From Haliotis cracherodii (lineage: Eukaryota): DNA of 64,000 nt. Under the pieces are notes generated by a model. That model was not told the DNA's origin, ran no database searches, and saw only the letters and a program-made list of their open reading frames with translations. Positions 54,101 through 64,000 of the stretch are shown one piece after another. The position numbers were made by a program, and so were the translations under genes. How positions within the stretch are numbered: the stretch's first letter is position 1; each line of letters opens with the position of its first letter. The DNA lies in NCBI RefSeq assembly GCF_022045235.1, contig NW_027266265.1:57350001-57414000 (forward strand), given 5' to 3'.

Positions 54101-57100
54101 ATTTCAGAGTTATAAGGGGGCACATGAATATGTTGAGTGTAATCTGTTATTTCAGAGTTATGAGGGGGCACATGAATATGTTGAGTGAAATCTGTTATTT
54201 CAGAGTTACGAGGGGGCAGATGAATATGTTGAGTGTAATCTGTTATTTCAGAGTTACGAGGGGGCAGATGAATACGTTGAGTGTAATCTGTTATTTCAGA
54301 GTTACAAGGGGGCAGATGAATACATTGAGTGTAATCTGTTATTTCAGAGTTACGAGGGGGCAGATGAATACGTTGAGTGAAATCTGTTATTTCAGAGTTA
54401 GGAGGGGACAGATAAATACGTTGAGTGTAATCTGTTATTTCAGAGTTACGAGGGGGCAGACAGAAAGGAGAAGTTTGTGACCCGGTTCCTGATGCGGGAG
54501 ATACAGAACCAGTTGTCGGCCCTGCAGCAGCCGCTAGAGGCAGCATCAGAGGAACTCGACCTCCAGGCGCGCAGAGAGAGGTAGGGGATCTACTCACCTC
54601 AGTCACAAGATTCTGTTTTATTAGAAAAACCAAAACATTTGAAGCTGTATTGGAGCTATATAGGCTATGAACGGTTCCAGTGTTAAAATATTATATTTCA
54701 TGTTTGCTGAAACTTTTTCTCTAGTTTGTGTCAGTAAGTCAGTGAGAATATAGATTAATGCCACAAGAATTATTTTTGGAACATAAAAAATCATCAGGGT
54801 CATTTTCATGAAAATGTAGAAAAAATTGTTCGCTAGCTCGGTGTTTGTTTTTGTTTTTGGCATTGTTTGAGTAAGTTGTGTAACGGGAAACTATTATGTT
54901 ATGTAGTAAGACTCTTCTGTACCCTGTCCCACAATGCCATGTTGGGGCTATCACTGGAGTTACTTTCCTTCGGCATATTTTGAGGTCAAAGGTGAAGGTC
55001 ACGAGATAGAAACAAAATGACCCCAAATGGTTTTGTTACACTTTCTTAATAGTATGAAAGTATTTATCATTAAGCGTGGTTCTTGCCCTCTCCGGGATGG
55101 GGCCCTGCCTTGAAAATGTTTGGATCAAGATGACTCAGGCTTTTGTTTTTGTCAGTTTCTGGGGCACGGTTAACACAATATGTATGGAAGATAGTAGTTG
55201 CTCGTGACTTAAAACTCCTACCACATGGCATGTCTGTCAGAGGTCAAGGTTATCTGTGAGGTTATTGTGTATCATTCATTGCTAGTTCCTGCCCTGCAGC
55301 TGTGTTACTTGCACAGTCCTGACACTTGGTGGTTGTTGCATCTTGTTTAAGTCTGAGAGTTATGGAAGTGACATAGGTATGTTTTGGGAGCTTGGAGGAA
55401 ATAGTGTTGAAGGGGATGCAAACATCTCAGTTTCAAAAGTCAACAGCTACTTTTTGTTAAAAATTGCTATTTGTAATTTTTTGTGTTATAACCCATCAAA
55501 GATGAAGCAGTTGGTCAAAATATAATGCATTCAAACTATATTTACTGGACAGCCTGAAGTTAGCTGTGGGTTAGTTATTCGTTTTTTCTAATAATGAAAA
55601 ACAAGCCAGAAGCGGATTCATTATTCAAAGTCTCTATATATGAATGTTGGTCGGGGTCGAGTGATTCACTTTCTGACAGTCATAACTGGTAATCCTCAGG
55701 GCGGACATACAACCTGTTGAGGTAGAGGCCATGAAGAAGACAGGAGCCACCATCCCAGGTAACCTTCAACTACCCGACACTGCCAGATAAACACCTATAG
55801 GAGAGTCACCCTGAAGACCCAGGTTTGATTCCCCACATGGGTACAATATTGATATTGTGATATTGCTGAAATATTGCATTACTATAAAAAGCGGCGTAAA
55901 ACCATACTCACTCACTCACTCACAAATTGTATGGGGCGTAGGACAATCACACATTGTACAGATGATTTAAGACTCCAAACTACCCAGGTGTGTTTTATTG
56001 TCTCTTCCCATACAGGTTCAAGCATTTAGGCATCAGAGCCCTGTTTGAGGATTTTCAATTTACGACAGGCACTGCTTGTTGGAGATTTGATTTTAAATAC
56101 ATCTCCAGTAAGACACAAGGTTGGACTTAAATTTGGCGGTTTAGAAGGGTAATAAAGTTTTCTCTACCCCCTGCTAGTGTCCTTGTGCTGTAGCTTTTAT
56201 AGTTCAGGGCAAAGCTGTTTCAGTACACATGTGGGTAGTGCAAACCTTATTGTTAATAATATTTTTTTGGGAAAATACCATACATCATCGATTAACATAA
56301 AAAACTTAGAACTCAAAGTATTCCTTCTGTGTTTAACTCACTCACTCACTCACTCGGTGTTTCAGGTCGGATTGTCCGGCGAGCCAAGCGACAGGTCAGC
56401 TCCCAGAGCACAACTAGTGAAGGTAGGTCAACCTGGGGACATTTATGAGATGCTTGCTCAGGATGTAAGTTCCATGTGACATAATGACACAATAACTCCG
56501 TCACTGTCAATATGTTCAAGTCTTTGACTGGCATGTAGATGTGATACACATAAGGAAGAGAATTTATGGATGTCAACTTCTTTATTATGAGGAACACAGT
56601 GTTTCGGAGCATATGCTTACTCCTTCATCAGGTGAATGAATGCTACGAGGTAAGGAAGATATATATGTACCTGGAAGAACATCCATGCTAATTACCCCTG
56701 GCTGCCTGTTTGCCCAATGTCCATTGCCTATCACCAATCAGTGATAATGTAAGTCCTGGCCTCCAGTTGTCCATCGCGATCACCTACCAGTGCCAAATAT
56801 CTGTTAGAAGTTATGAGTGCCAATCAGCTGTTGGCTTCCCTTGTTAAGTCTCTGCCTTTTGTTATCTTAATACTTTTGTTGTTCTTACATGTCGATATAT
56901 ATATTCTCTGCCTTATAGCATTTATTCACCTGATGAAGGAATAAGTATATACTCCGAAACGTGTGTTCCTGATAATAAAGAAGTTGACATCCATAAGCTC
57001 TTTTCCTCATTGACAAATTATCTATTCACTCCAAAGGAAAAATATGGAATATATTTGTATTGGAATCCTGTTATCATACACGTCAAGGAACTAAGATGTT

Positions 57101-60100
57101 TATTTTTTCTTGCCATAATTTTGAGAGGTAATTTGAATATTTTTGTGATAAGTGACATAGGACAGAAATTAAAAAGTTAATTATTTATAAAGGTTCTTTA
57201 TAAGTATACCACACAAAGGAAGTTAAAGAACAACCAATTCTTTCACATCACAATGGTTAATCTGTCAAGCGTTCTTTAACATCTTTTGAGTAGAAATTAT
57301 ACACATATATATGTGTGTAATTCTTATATGATATTGCCGGGACTATGCTTGATACTTTCATACCGCCTCTGACTTCTGCTAATACGACCGTCTATAACTT
57401 GATGTCTGCATGTGATTCTGCATGATACATCTTTTATCATGTTTATGGACTATCTGCTCATTATTCTATTAAAAGTGATAATTAATAAAGGGTATCTTTT
57501 TGCTTATTCAATATGTTATATATTATATAAGTAATTGATTTCAGTTGTCATATTGTAAAAAACTGAACACATTTATTGTTTTTACAATGACCTGCAGCAG
57601 TTGAGAATATTGTGGAGGGTAAATATTTTCAAGTAGTATATTTTTCAATTTTCTTCAAATTTTATCTTCTGACTGTCTGTCTCAGCCTCTGCTGCTCATG
57701 CTTGTGGTGGTTTGTTGGAGGTGGCAGTTATAGAGTATTATACCACGACTTTATATACTAATGAATACGTATCTCAATACATTTGGAGAATAGTTAATTC
57801 CGTTGTATTGCATTTTTCAAAATCATGCAAATTTCATCTTCTTGGCAAAGATATTTACAAGTCAAATTGAAATGATGAAATTCAGAAATTAGCAACTGAT
57901 CCCTGTGACTGCAAAGGTGAAACTAGTTGCGTCCAGCTACCTGTATATAATAGTCTGTTAGGAATATGTCGTGACCATAGCAACATCCAACAAAATCGTG
58001 GATGACTAAAGAACATATCAATCTTTTAAGTAAGGATAAGAATTTATGGATGAACAACTTCTTTATTACAATTAAGAGCGACGTTTCGGTGTAGGTTCTA
58101 ACACCGTTATCAAGCAAGTGATTTACAGAGTGCAGTAAGCTCTTAATTGTAATATAGAAGTTGTTCATCCATAAATTCTTATCCTTACTTAGTACTCCAA
58201 CTTCTAAATGCCTATCAAAGAAGTTATCAATCTTTTGATGAACGTATCGCAATACATCATGCCACATTATTGCAATACGACAGAAAACATTATTCTTTGT
58301 GTAACACAAACATGGATTCCTGGTACTGACAGAAAAGTTAGATTCAGCGTTGAAACTATTGACATAATGTCCCATTCCATAATACTAACAGACCACAGAC
58401 CACTCATGTGTTTTCTGTGCGGGGATTCCGGGTTAGAATAGGTCCCCAGTATCCCACACTTGTAAGAGAAGACTAAATAGGTGATCAGACTCTGCTACCT
58501 CGTCTTCAGTAATCTATGCAGGCTGTAAGAGGTGACTTAATGGATGGGAGGTCAGACTTGGTGACCTGGCCCCTGTAGAGATTCTGGGTTAGAATTAGTC
58601 TTCAGTAATCTATGCAGGCCAAGAGGTGACTAAATCGATGTCTGGTTGGTTTTGGTGACCTGGTTGATAGTTTCTTGTACTGTACAGTGTGAATTGTTGT
58701 TATTAATATCCATCACTGGATCATCTGGCCCAGACCATATAGCTGCAATATTTCTGAGGGTGGCATAAAACAAAGGACACACAGTTTCTTGGCTGATTGC
58801 ATGTCATGACAGGGAGTGATCTCATGCTTTCAATCACGTGTCTGTCTGGTCCAGACTTGATTGTGTACAGGCCGCTGTCTTGTCACTTCAGTATTGCTGA
58901 CAGAAGTGTTAACCAACATTCACTCACTCACTCTGGTTTATTGTTGGTTTATTCTGGTTATTGTCAAAATGTTTGCAAAAACCTGTGGTGTGGTTGATAA
59001 AGACCTTTGCCAAAAAGAAGCCAGATGAAAGTTATGTAACACATATAATATAATATCTAGTTGTGTATGATAACATTATTAATCACATATAGCCTCTTTG
59101 ATAACTTTGTGTGCTAATTCTATTTTGCTACTTCTATTTTGATATCTTGCAAACCTATGCATGTTTAACTGTGTTTCATACATTCTAACTTCTACAGTCT
59201 TTCTGGCTCTATCAGCTGTGCTTATTTCTTGCGCATCACCTTCTGTCACCATGGTTACACATGTGTAAACTTTGGTCTTTGTTTGATTTCAATCAATTAT
59301 TTGTCCTAATCAATCAGTGCAGTGCCACACAGTATCATGTCTTCAAGCCCCCTGTTGTCACAATGAAATTGTAATACTGATTGTCAGAGGAAATTTATCT
59401 GTTAGTTCTCATTAAAGAAAGTAATGATGTATGTTTCTCAAGGAAAATATGAAGCAATTGAATACAATTTTTTTTTATAATTCAACAACCAGTGTTGTTT
59501 GGGACGACAGACATGAACATTGGGGACATGAACCCTCGGCACCTTTCTGCATCTACAAATGTTCTGAATCAGGATGCAAAAATGCCTCACATGGCATTAT
59601 ACAGGTGTTACAGCAGTGTGTCTGTATTGTGCAGGGTGTTACAGCAGTGTGTCTGTATTGTGCAGGGTGTTACAGCAGTGTGTCTGTATTGTGCGGGGTG
59701 TTACAGCAGTGTGTCTGTATTGTGCAGGTGTTACAGCAGTGTGTCTGTATTTTGCAGGGTGCTACAGCAGTGTGTCTGTATTGTGCAGGGTGTTACAGCA
59801 GTGTGTCTGTATTGTGCAGGGTGTTACAGCAGTGTGTCTGTATTGTGCAGGATGTTACAGCAGTATGTCTGTATTGTGCAGGGTGTTACAGCAGTGTGTC
59901 TGTATTGTGCAGGGTGTTACAGCAGTGTGTCTGTATTGTGCAGGTGTTACAGCAGTGTGTCTGTATTGTGCGGGGTGTTACAGCAGTGTGTCTGTATTGT
60001 GCAGGGTGTTACAGCAGTGTGTCTGTATTGTGCAGGGTGTTACAGCAGTGTGTCTGTATTGTGCAGGGTGTTACAGCAGTGTGTCTGTATTGTGCAGGTG

Positions 60101-63100
60101 TTACAGCAGTGTGTCTGTATTGTGCAGGGTGTTACAGCAGTGTGTCTGTATTGTGCAGGGTGTTACAGCAGTATGTCTGTATTGTGCAGGGTGTTACAGC
60201 AGTGTGTCTGTATTGTGCAGGGTGTTACAGCAGTGTGTCTGTATTGTGCAGGGTGTTACAGCAGTGTGTCTGTATTGTGCAGGGTGTTACAGCAGTGTGT
60301 CTGTATTGTGCAGGGTGTTACAGCAGTGTGTCTGTATTGTGCAGGGTGTTACAGCAGTGTGTCTGTATTATGCAGGGTGTTACAGCAGTGTGTCTGTATT
60401 GTGCAGGGTGTTACAGCAGTGTGTCTGTTTTGTGCAGGTGTTACAGCAGTGTGTCTGTATTGTGCAGGGTGGTACAGCAGTGTGTCTGTATTGTGCAGGT
60501 GTTACAGCAGTGTGTCTGTATTGTGCAGGGTGTTACAGCAGTGTGTCTGTTTTGTGCAGGTGTTACAGCAGTGTGTCTGTTTTGTGCAGGTGTTACAGCA
60601 GTGTGTCTGTATTATGCAGGGTGGTACAGCAGTGTGTCTGTATTGTGCAGGTGTTACAGCAGTGTGTCTGTATTATGCAGGGTGTTACAGCAGTGTGTCT
60701 GTATTGTGCAGGGTGTTACAGCAGTGTGTCTGTTTTGTGCAGGGTGTTACAGCAGTGTGTCTGTATTGTGCAGGGTGTTACAGCAGTGTTAACTGTGTCT
60801 GTATTGTGCAGGGTATGGTAGCCAGGTGTTGACGCTGCAGGTGGACAGGCTGGAGAATCTCATAGACAAACTGGAGTCTAAGGTAATTCCTTGCTTTTAT
60901 CGTAACTCAAAAGAAAAATGTGCATGCAGTTACCATGGTTACCATTTGATAAATAATTGTAAAATGTTCTTTTCATTGATATTCTTATTGTGTTCCGAAT
61001 CATTTAACCTGCAATGCTAATTTTGTACAAATGGTGTATTGTTTGTGTTTTCAGGTGAACTTCGACAACTTTGTTGATGAGGAGGTTGTGTATGAGCCTG
61101 AGTGCCTGGTGCGTACAAGCTGAAGATCTTTTTTGTATAGGTCACATTTATTTAAAATCCACCTAAAATCATCATTGTGTAATTTTGTTTTGCTACAAAA
61201 TAGTGTATTAGGATAAAAAAATAATAGTCTTGTTTCTCAGGAACCACCCGCATGATCATAAAGTCTGCCGCATATTTTGTTTTAATTTCTATTTAAAAAA
61301 AAATATCAAAATCCTAATACTTAAACACAATGCACAAAAAAATGAAAATGGAAACAAAACGAAACGTGCAATGAACTTTATGATGATGTGGGCAGTGCAG
61401 ATGTTGATGCTACGATGATGCTACTTGTGTCTTCATCTAGTGTTTTTGCAGATGTTGATGCTACGATGATGCTACTTGTGTCTTCATCTAGTGTTTTTGC
61501 AGATGTTGATGCTACGATGATGGTACTTGTGTCTTCATCTAGTGTTTTTGCAGATGTTGATGCTATGATGATGCAACTTGTGTCTTCGTCTCGTGTTTTT
61601 GCAGATGTTGGAGCTGGGATGATGCAACTTGTGTCTACATCTCGTGTTGTTGCAGATGTTGGAGCTGGGATGATGCAACTTGTGTCTACATCTCGTGTTG
61701 TTGCAGATGTTGATGCTATGATGATGCAACTTGTGTCTAAATCTCGTGTTGTTGCAGATGTTGATGCTATGATGATGCAACTTGTGTCTAAATCTCGTGT
61801 TGTTGCAGATGTTGATGCTACGATGATGCAACTTGTGTCTAAATCTTGTGTTGTTGCAGATGTTGATGCTACGATGATGCTATTTGTGTCTACATCTTGT
61901 GTTTTTGCAGATGTTGATGCTACGATTATGCAACTTGTGTCTAAAACTTGTGTTGTTGCAGATGTTGATGCTACGATGATGCAACTTGTGTCTAAATCTT
62001 GTGTTGTTGCAGATGTTGATGCTACAGAGGAACTTTGAAGTAAAGGTGGAGGAGCTGGACAGTTTCAAGTCGAGTCTCAGGGCTTATGTGGAGTCTACCC
62101 AGGGTGTGGGTGGATGTCGCAAGTAAGATCATGTTGTTGATAATTGCGGCCTAAATTTATCCATGTATGTCTCTGAAATGCATTCGTTCATGATTCCGAA
62201 ATCAATACTATGTAAGATATATTATGATGCAAATTTCTTTTTATCATAAGTCAGCCTTCTTATTTAACATGTTTAAGATATGCAGGGATACGATATCTGG
62301 AAGAACAACTTCATTATTACATTTAGGAGCAACGTTTTGGTCTAGATTCTAACAATATATCAAACAAGTGGAGAATATACACAGAAACGTTGTTCCTAAA
62401 TGTACGAAGTTGTTCTTCCACATATCGTATCCCTACTGAGTAGTCCATCTTTTAAATGCCTCTCAAAGAAGTTATGTTTAAGGTCGATAATAGAGTCCTT
62501 GGTACTGCTACCATACCATGCTTTTCAAAGTCTGAAGTCTTCATGTTCATCTTGGAGCAGAGATTAATGAGATAGTGTTTTTAATTTCATGAGTAGGGCT
62601 ACTCATGTTAGTTAATGACACGGGCCAGGGTTGGCATGACCTATGTTTTGGTGATACGTTACTTTGGTGATTTCCTGTACCTCTGTGTGATAGCGCCTCT
62701 GTGTGATAGCATCTCAATGTTGTCTACTTTGCAACCAAATGAATCAGGTCGTCCGGCTCTGTAACTTGGTTGATCGTACCCTGATAACGTAGATTGTTGC
62801 TCACAATAATGATAACTGTATTGTTTGGTTGAGACTTGATTATTTACAGGATGTTATCATATAGCTGTAATATTGTTGAGTACAGAGTTAAACACAAACA
62901 TGCTCACAAAGATTGATGAGAGTACTAGGGTTTGATCATTATATAGTCTGGGATTTTGTGTTAAACTTAATAGATTTTCATTCAGCACTTCAGTACAGGC
63001 AGTGTTTTACTCTGAGTGGATCCAAACNNNNNNNNNNNNNNNNNNNNNNNNNNNNNNNNNNNNNNNNNNNNNNNNNNNNNNNNNNNNNNNNNNNNNNNNN

Positions 63101-63400
63101 NNNNNNNNNNNNNNNNNNNNNNNNNNNNNNNNNNNNNNNNNNNNNNNNNNNNNNNNNNNNNNNNNNNNTGGGTGTTTTAGAACCTGACAAATTATATAAA
63201 AGATATTAAATCCTAGCCCCCCCCCCCCCCCCCCCCCCCCCAACAGGTGACTTTCCCTGTAGCAGCTCCTACACAGGAACCATGTCTGTCAGTGTGACTT
63301 TGTGACACTTGTGCTGTTTCAGTGTGAGTGTACGATCATTCAGAGACAGCAACAAGCTGACCTTGTACGAGATCTGGAATACAGGAGCAGACAAGAAAAG
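48121..63400 (+). CDS. NECAB1: N-terminal EF-hand calcium-binding protein (NECAB family: EF-hands, coiled region, ABM domain); continues past window
   Basis: Exons 48121-48168, 50533-50557, 51111-51219, 53544-53667, 54444-54580, 55700-55758, 56366-56422, 60812-60882, 61055-61108, 62013-62122, 63323-63400 join in phase: [69 protein letters not shown]...[15 protein letters not shown]...[15 protein letters not shown]...LYEIW. Matches recalled NECAB motifs; NECAB1/2/3 paralogue identity not resolvable. Confidence 0.92.
49580..50105. repeat. 15-bp minisatellite, ~35 copies
   Basis: gccattgtcatacag; explains the IQAIV and GHCHT ORFs. Confidence 0.95.
50254..50491 (+). mobile_element. SINE family 1 copy
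   Basis: ctgtgcagagttgtgtcccttgggcatgccagaaacctatgattgtg...ccaactgactcactgactcac. Confidence 0.85.
50533..50557 (+). CDS. NECAB1: NECAB exon 2 (25-nt microexon)
   Basis: tgccag|GTGTTCAGAAGAGCAGACAAGGATG|gtgggt; VFRRADKD. Confidence 0.88.
51111..51219 (+). CDS. NECAB1: NECAB exon 3 (EF-hands)
   Basis: tttcag|...|gtacag; [36 protein letters not shown]. Confidence 0.94.
51250..52351. repeat. 49-bp (45-bp variant) minisatellite, ~23 copies
   Basis: cacgcacactgcgacatctagcatatctttcttcaacatgagcgatcaa; starts ~30 nt after the NECAB exon 3 donor. Confidence 0.97.
53544..53667 (+). CDS. NECAB1: NECAB exon 4
   Basis: atccag|...|gtactg; [41 protein letters not shown]. Confidence 0.92.
53708..53955. 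repeat. 52-bp tandem repeat, ~5 copies
   Basis: gttcagtggtgtacagtacttgctttaccgatctcagaccacagcgatggtt. Confidence 0.93.
53965..54460 (+). repeat. 48-bp tandem array, 10 copies, each containing the NECAB exon 5 acceptor
   Basis: tgaatatgttgagtgtaatctgttatttcag|AGTTACGAGGGGGCAGA. Confidence 0.97.
54444..54580 (+). CDS. NECAB1: NECAB exon 5
   Basis: tttcag|...|gtaggg; [45 protein letters not shown]. Confidence 0.92.
55700..55758 (+). CDS. NECAB1: NECAB exon 6
   Basis: cctcag|...|gtaacc; [19 protein letters not shown]. Confidence 0.82.
55808..55923 (+). mobile_element. SINE family 2 fragment
   Basis: gaagacccaggtttgattccccacatgggtacaat...gcggcgtaaaaccatactcactcactcac. Confidence 0.75.
56366..56422 (+). 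CDS. NECAB1: NECAB exon 7
   Basis: tttcag|...|gtaggt; [19 protein letters not shown]. Confidence 0.85.
56553..57007. mobile_element. Palindromic element with two inverted CTGATGA...GAAAC cores
   Basis: Inverted arms of ~95-130 bp around a ~200-bp spacer. Confidence 0.75.
58031..58226. mobile_element. Related palindromic element (second subfamily)
   Basis: taaggataagaatttatggatgaacaacttc / gaagttgttcatccataaattcttatcctta, plus tail cttctaaatgcctatcaaagaagtta; another copy at 62284-62475. Confidence 0.7.
59604..60813 (+). repeat. 30/31-bp tandem array, ~39 copies, ending in the NECAB exon 8 acceptor
   Basis: ggtgttacagcagtgtgtctgtattgtgcag. Confidence 0.97.
60812..60882 (+). CDS. NECAB1: NECAB exon 8
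   Basis: gtgcag|...|gtaatt; [24 protein letters not shown]. Confidence 0.88.
61055..61108 (+). CDS. NECAB1: NECAB exon 9
   Basis: tttcag|...|gtgcgt; [18 protein letters not shown]. Confidence 0.85.
61396..62025 (+). repeat. 51-bp tandem array, ~12 copies, containing the NECAB exon 10 acceptor
   Basis: ...gtgttgttgcag|ATGTTGATGCTAC gatgatgcaacttgtgtctaaatctt. Confidence 0.97.
62013..62122 (+). CDS. NECAB1: NECAB exon 10 (ABM domain)
   Basis: ttgcag|...|gtaaga; [36 protein letters not shown]. Confidence 0.9.
63028..63168. other. Assembly gap (N run)
   Basis: 141 N; poly-C run nearby at ~63217-63241. Confidence 0.99.
63323..63400 (+). CDS. NECAB1: NECAB exon 11 (ABM domain)
   Basis: tttcag|...|gtggat; [25 protein letters not shown]. 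Confidence 0.88.
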
Positions 63401-63767
63401 GTGGATGTCATCCGTGGTGTTTCTTCACTTACATTTTGCTATCATAACTACAGCTTCAGCTTCAGGACACCCTGGGCTACAGTTTCTATAAATAAAATCG
63501 TCTGTTTTATTCAGAGGTGGTAAATGTGATTTGGTGCCTCTGACTGACCAATCAAAATAAAGTAATTTCCAAATACTGGTTTACAACTTACTCAAATCTA
63601 TCTGTCAGGCTATTTCATCGTGTCGTAGTCGAAGTCGTCACTCTGTAGGAATCGAAGTCCAAACTAATACATCGTGTCACTCAAGGGTATCAACAAATCT
63701 CAGATATTCAGGGCTGGTGACCATGAAACAGAAACATCTTGAGGGCCTCATTTCATTACCTGACTAC

Positions 63768-64000
63768 TAAGGCTGGGACGGGTAACATGGGTACTCAGGT
63801 CGGGTGGGTCCTGAGTAGGACCCGGGTACCCAAAGAACTACCCGGACCCGTGGTTTGTCACATGATATATTGTTTAATGACAAAAATTATCTAAAACTCC
63901 ATGGTTACACCATGAGTCACTAATGTTCGCATTTCTTTCTGACAGTGCACCCATTCCTTCTGACTTTTATATGTTTGAATAAAGATAAAACTTCATGCAG
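63768..64000. mobile_element. hAT-type MITE, second copy (cut by window edge)
   Basis: taaggctgggacgggtaac...ggacccgtgg; colinear with 46935-47170. Confidence 0.88.

Noticed and set aside
59431-60832. 415-453 aa Cys-rich ORFs resembling keratin-associated or metallothionein proteins
   Set aside because: 30/31-bp intronic array open in all frames; only 60812-60882 is exonic.
61388-62038. 216-aa ADVDATMM repeat ORF
   Set aside because: Out of frame with NECAB exon 10; 51-bp array artefact.
63217-63241. Poly-C tract as a functional G4
   Set aside because: Adjacent to an assembly gap; length unreliable.

Overview
Eukaryotic (animal) genomic DNA. The intron and repeat style suggests a mollusc or other lophotrochozoan (inference only). 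Three spliced genes were rebuilt by hand from GT-AG junctions with consistent codon phase. (1) The 3' part of an Ajuba/LIMD1/WTIP-family LIM gene (+, 5 exons, 2157-11280). (2) An apparently complete MORN1 gene (-, 13 exons, 46494-18867). (3) An NECAB gene (+, 11 exons, from 48121 past the window end), head-to-head with MORN1. Introns are packed with minisatellites, three SINE families sharing a 3' tail, MITEs (hAT, piggyBac, MULE-type) and palindromic elements with hammerhead-like cores. Nearly all long ORFs in the supplied track are tandem-repeat artefacts. The most striking pattern: four coding exons are each preceded by a tandem array whose unit is the exon's own 3' splice site plus its first bases (10 to ~39 stacked acceptors). 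Only the last acceptor gives an open frame; every upstream copy leads to a premature stop, and in one array only the last copy has a branch-point-like TTAAC.
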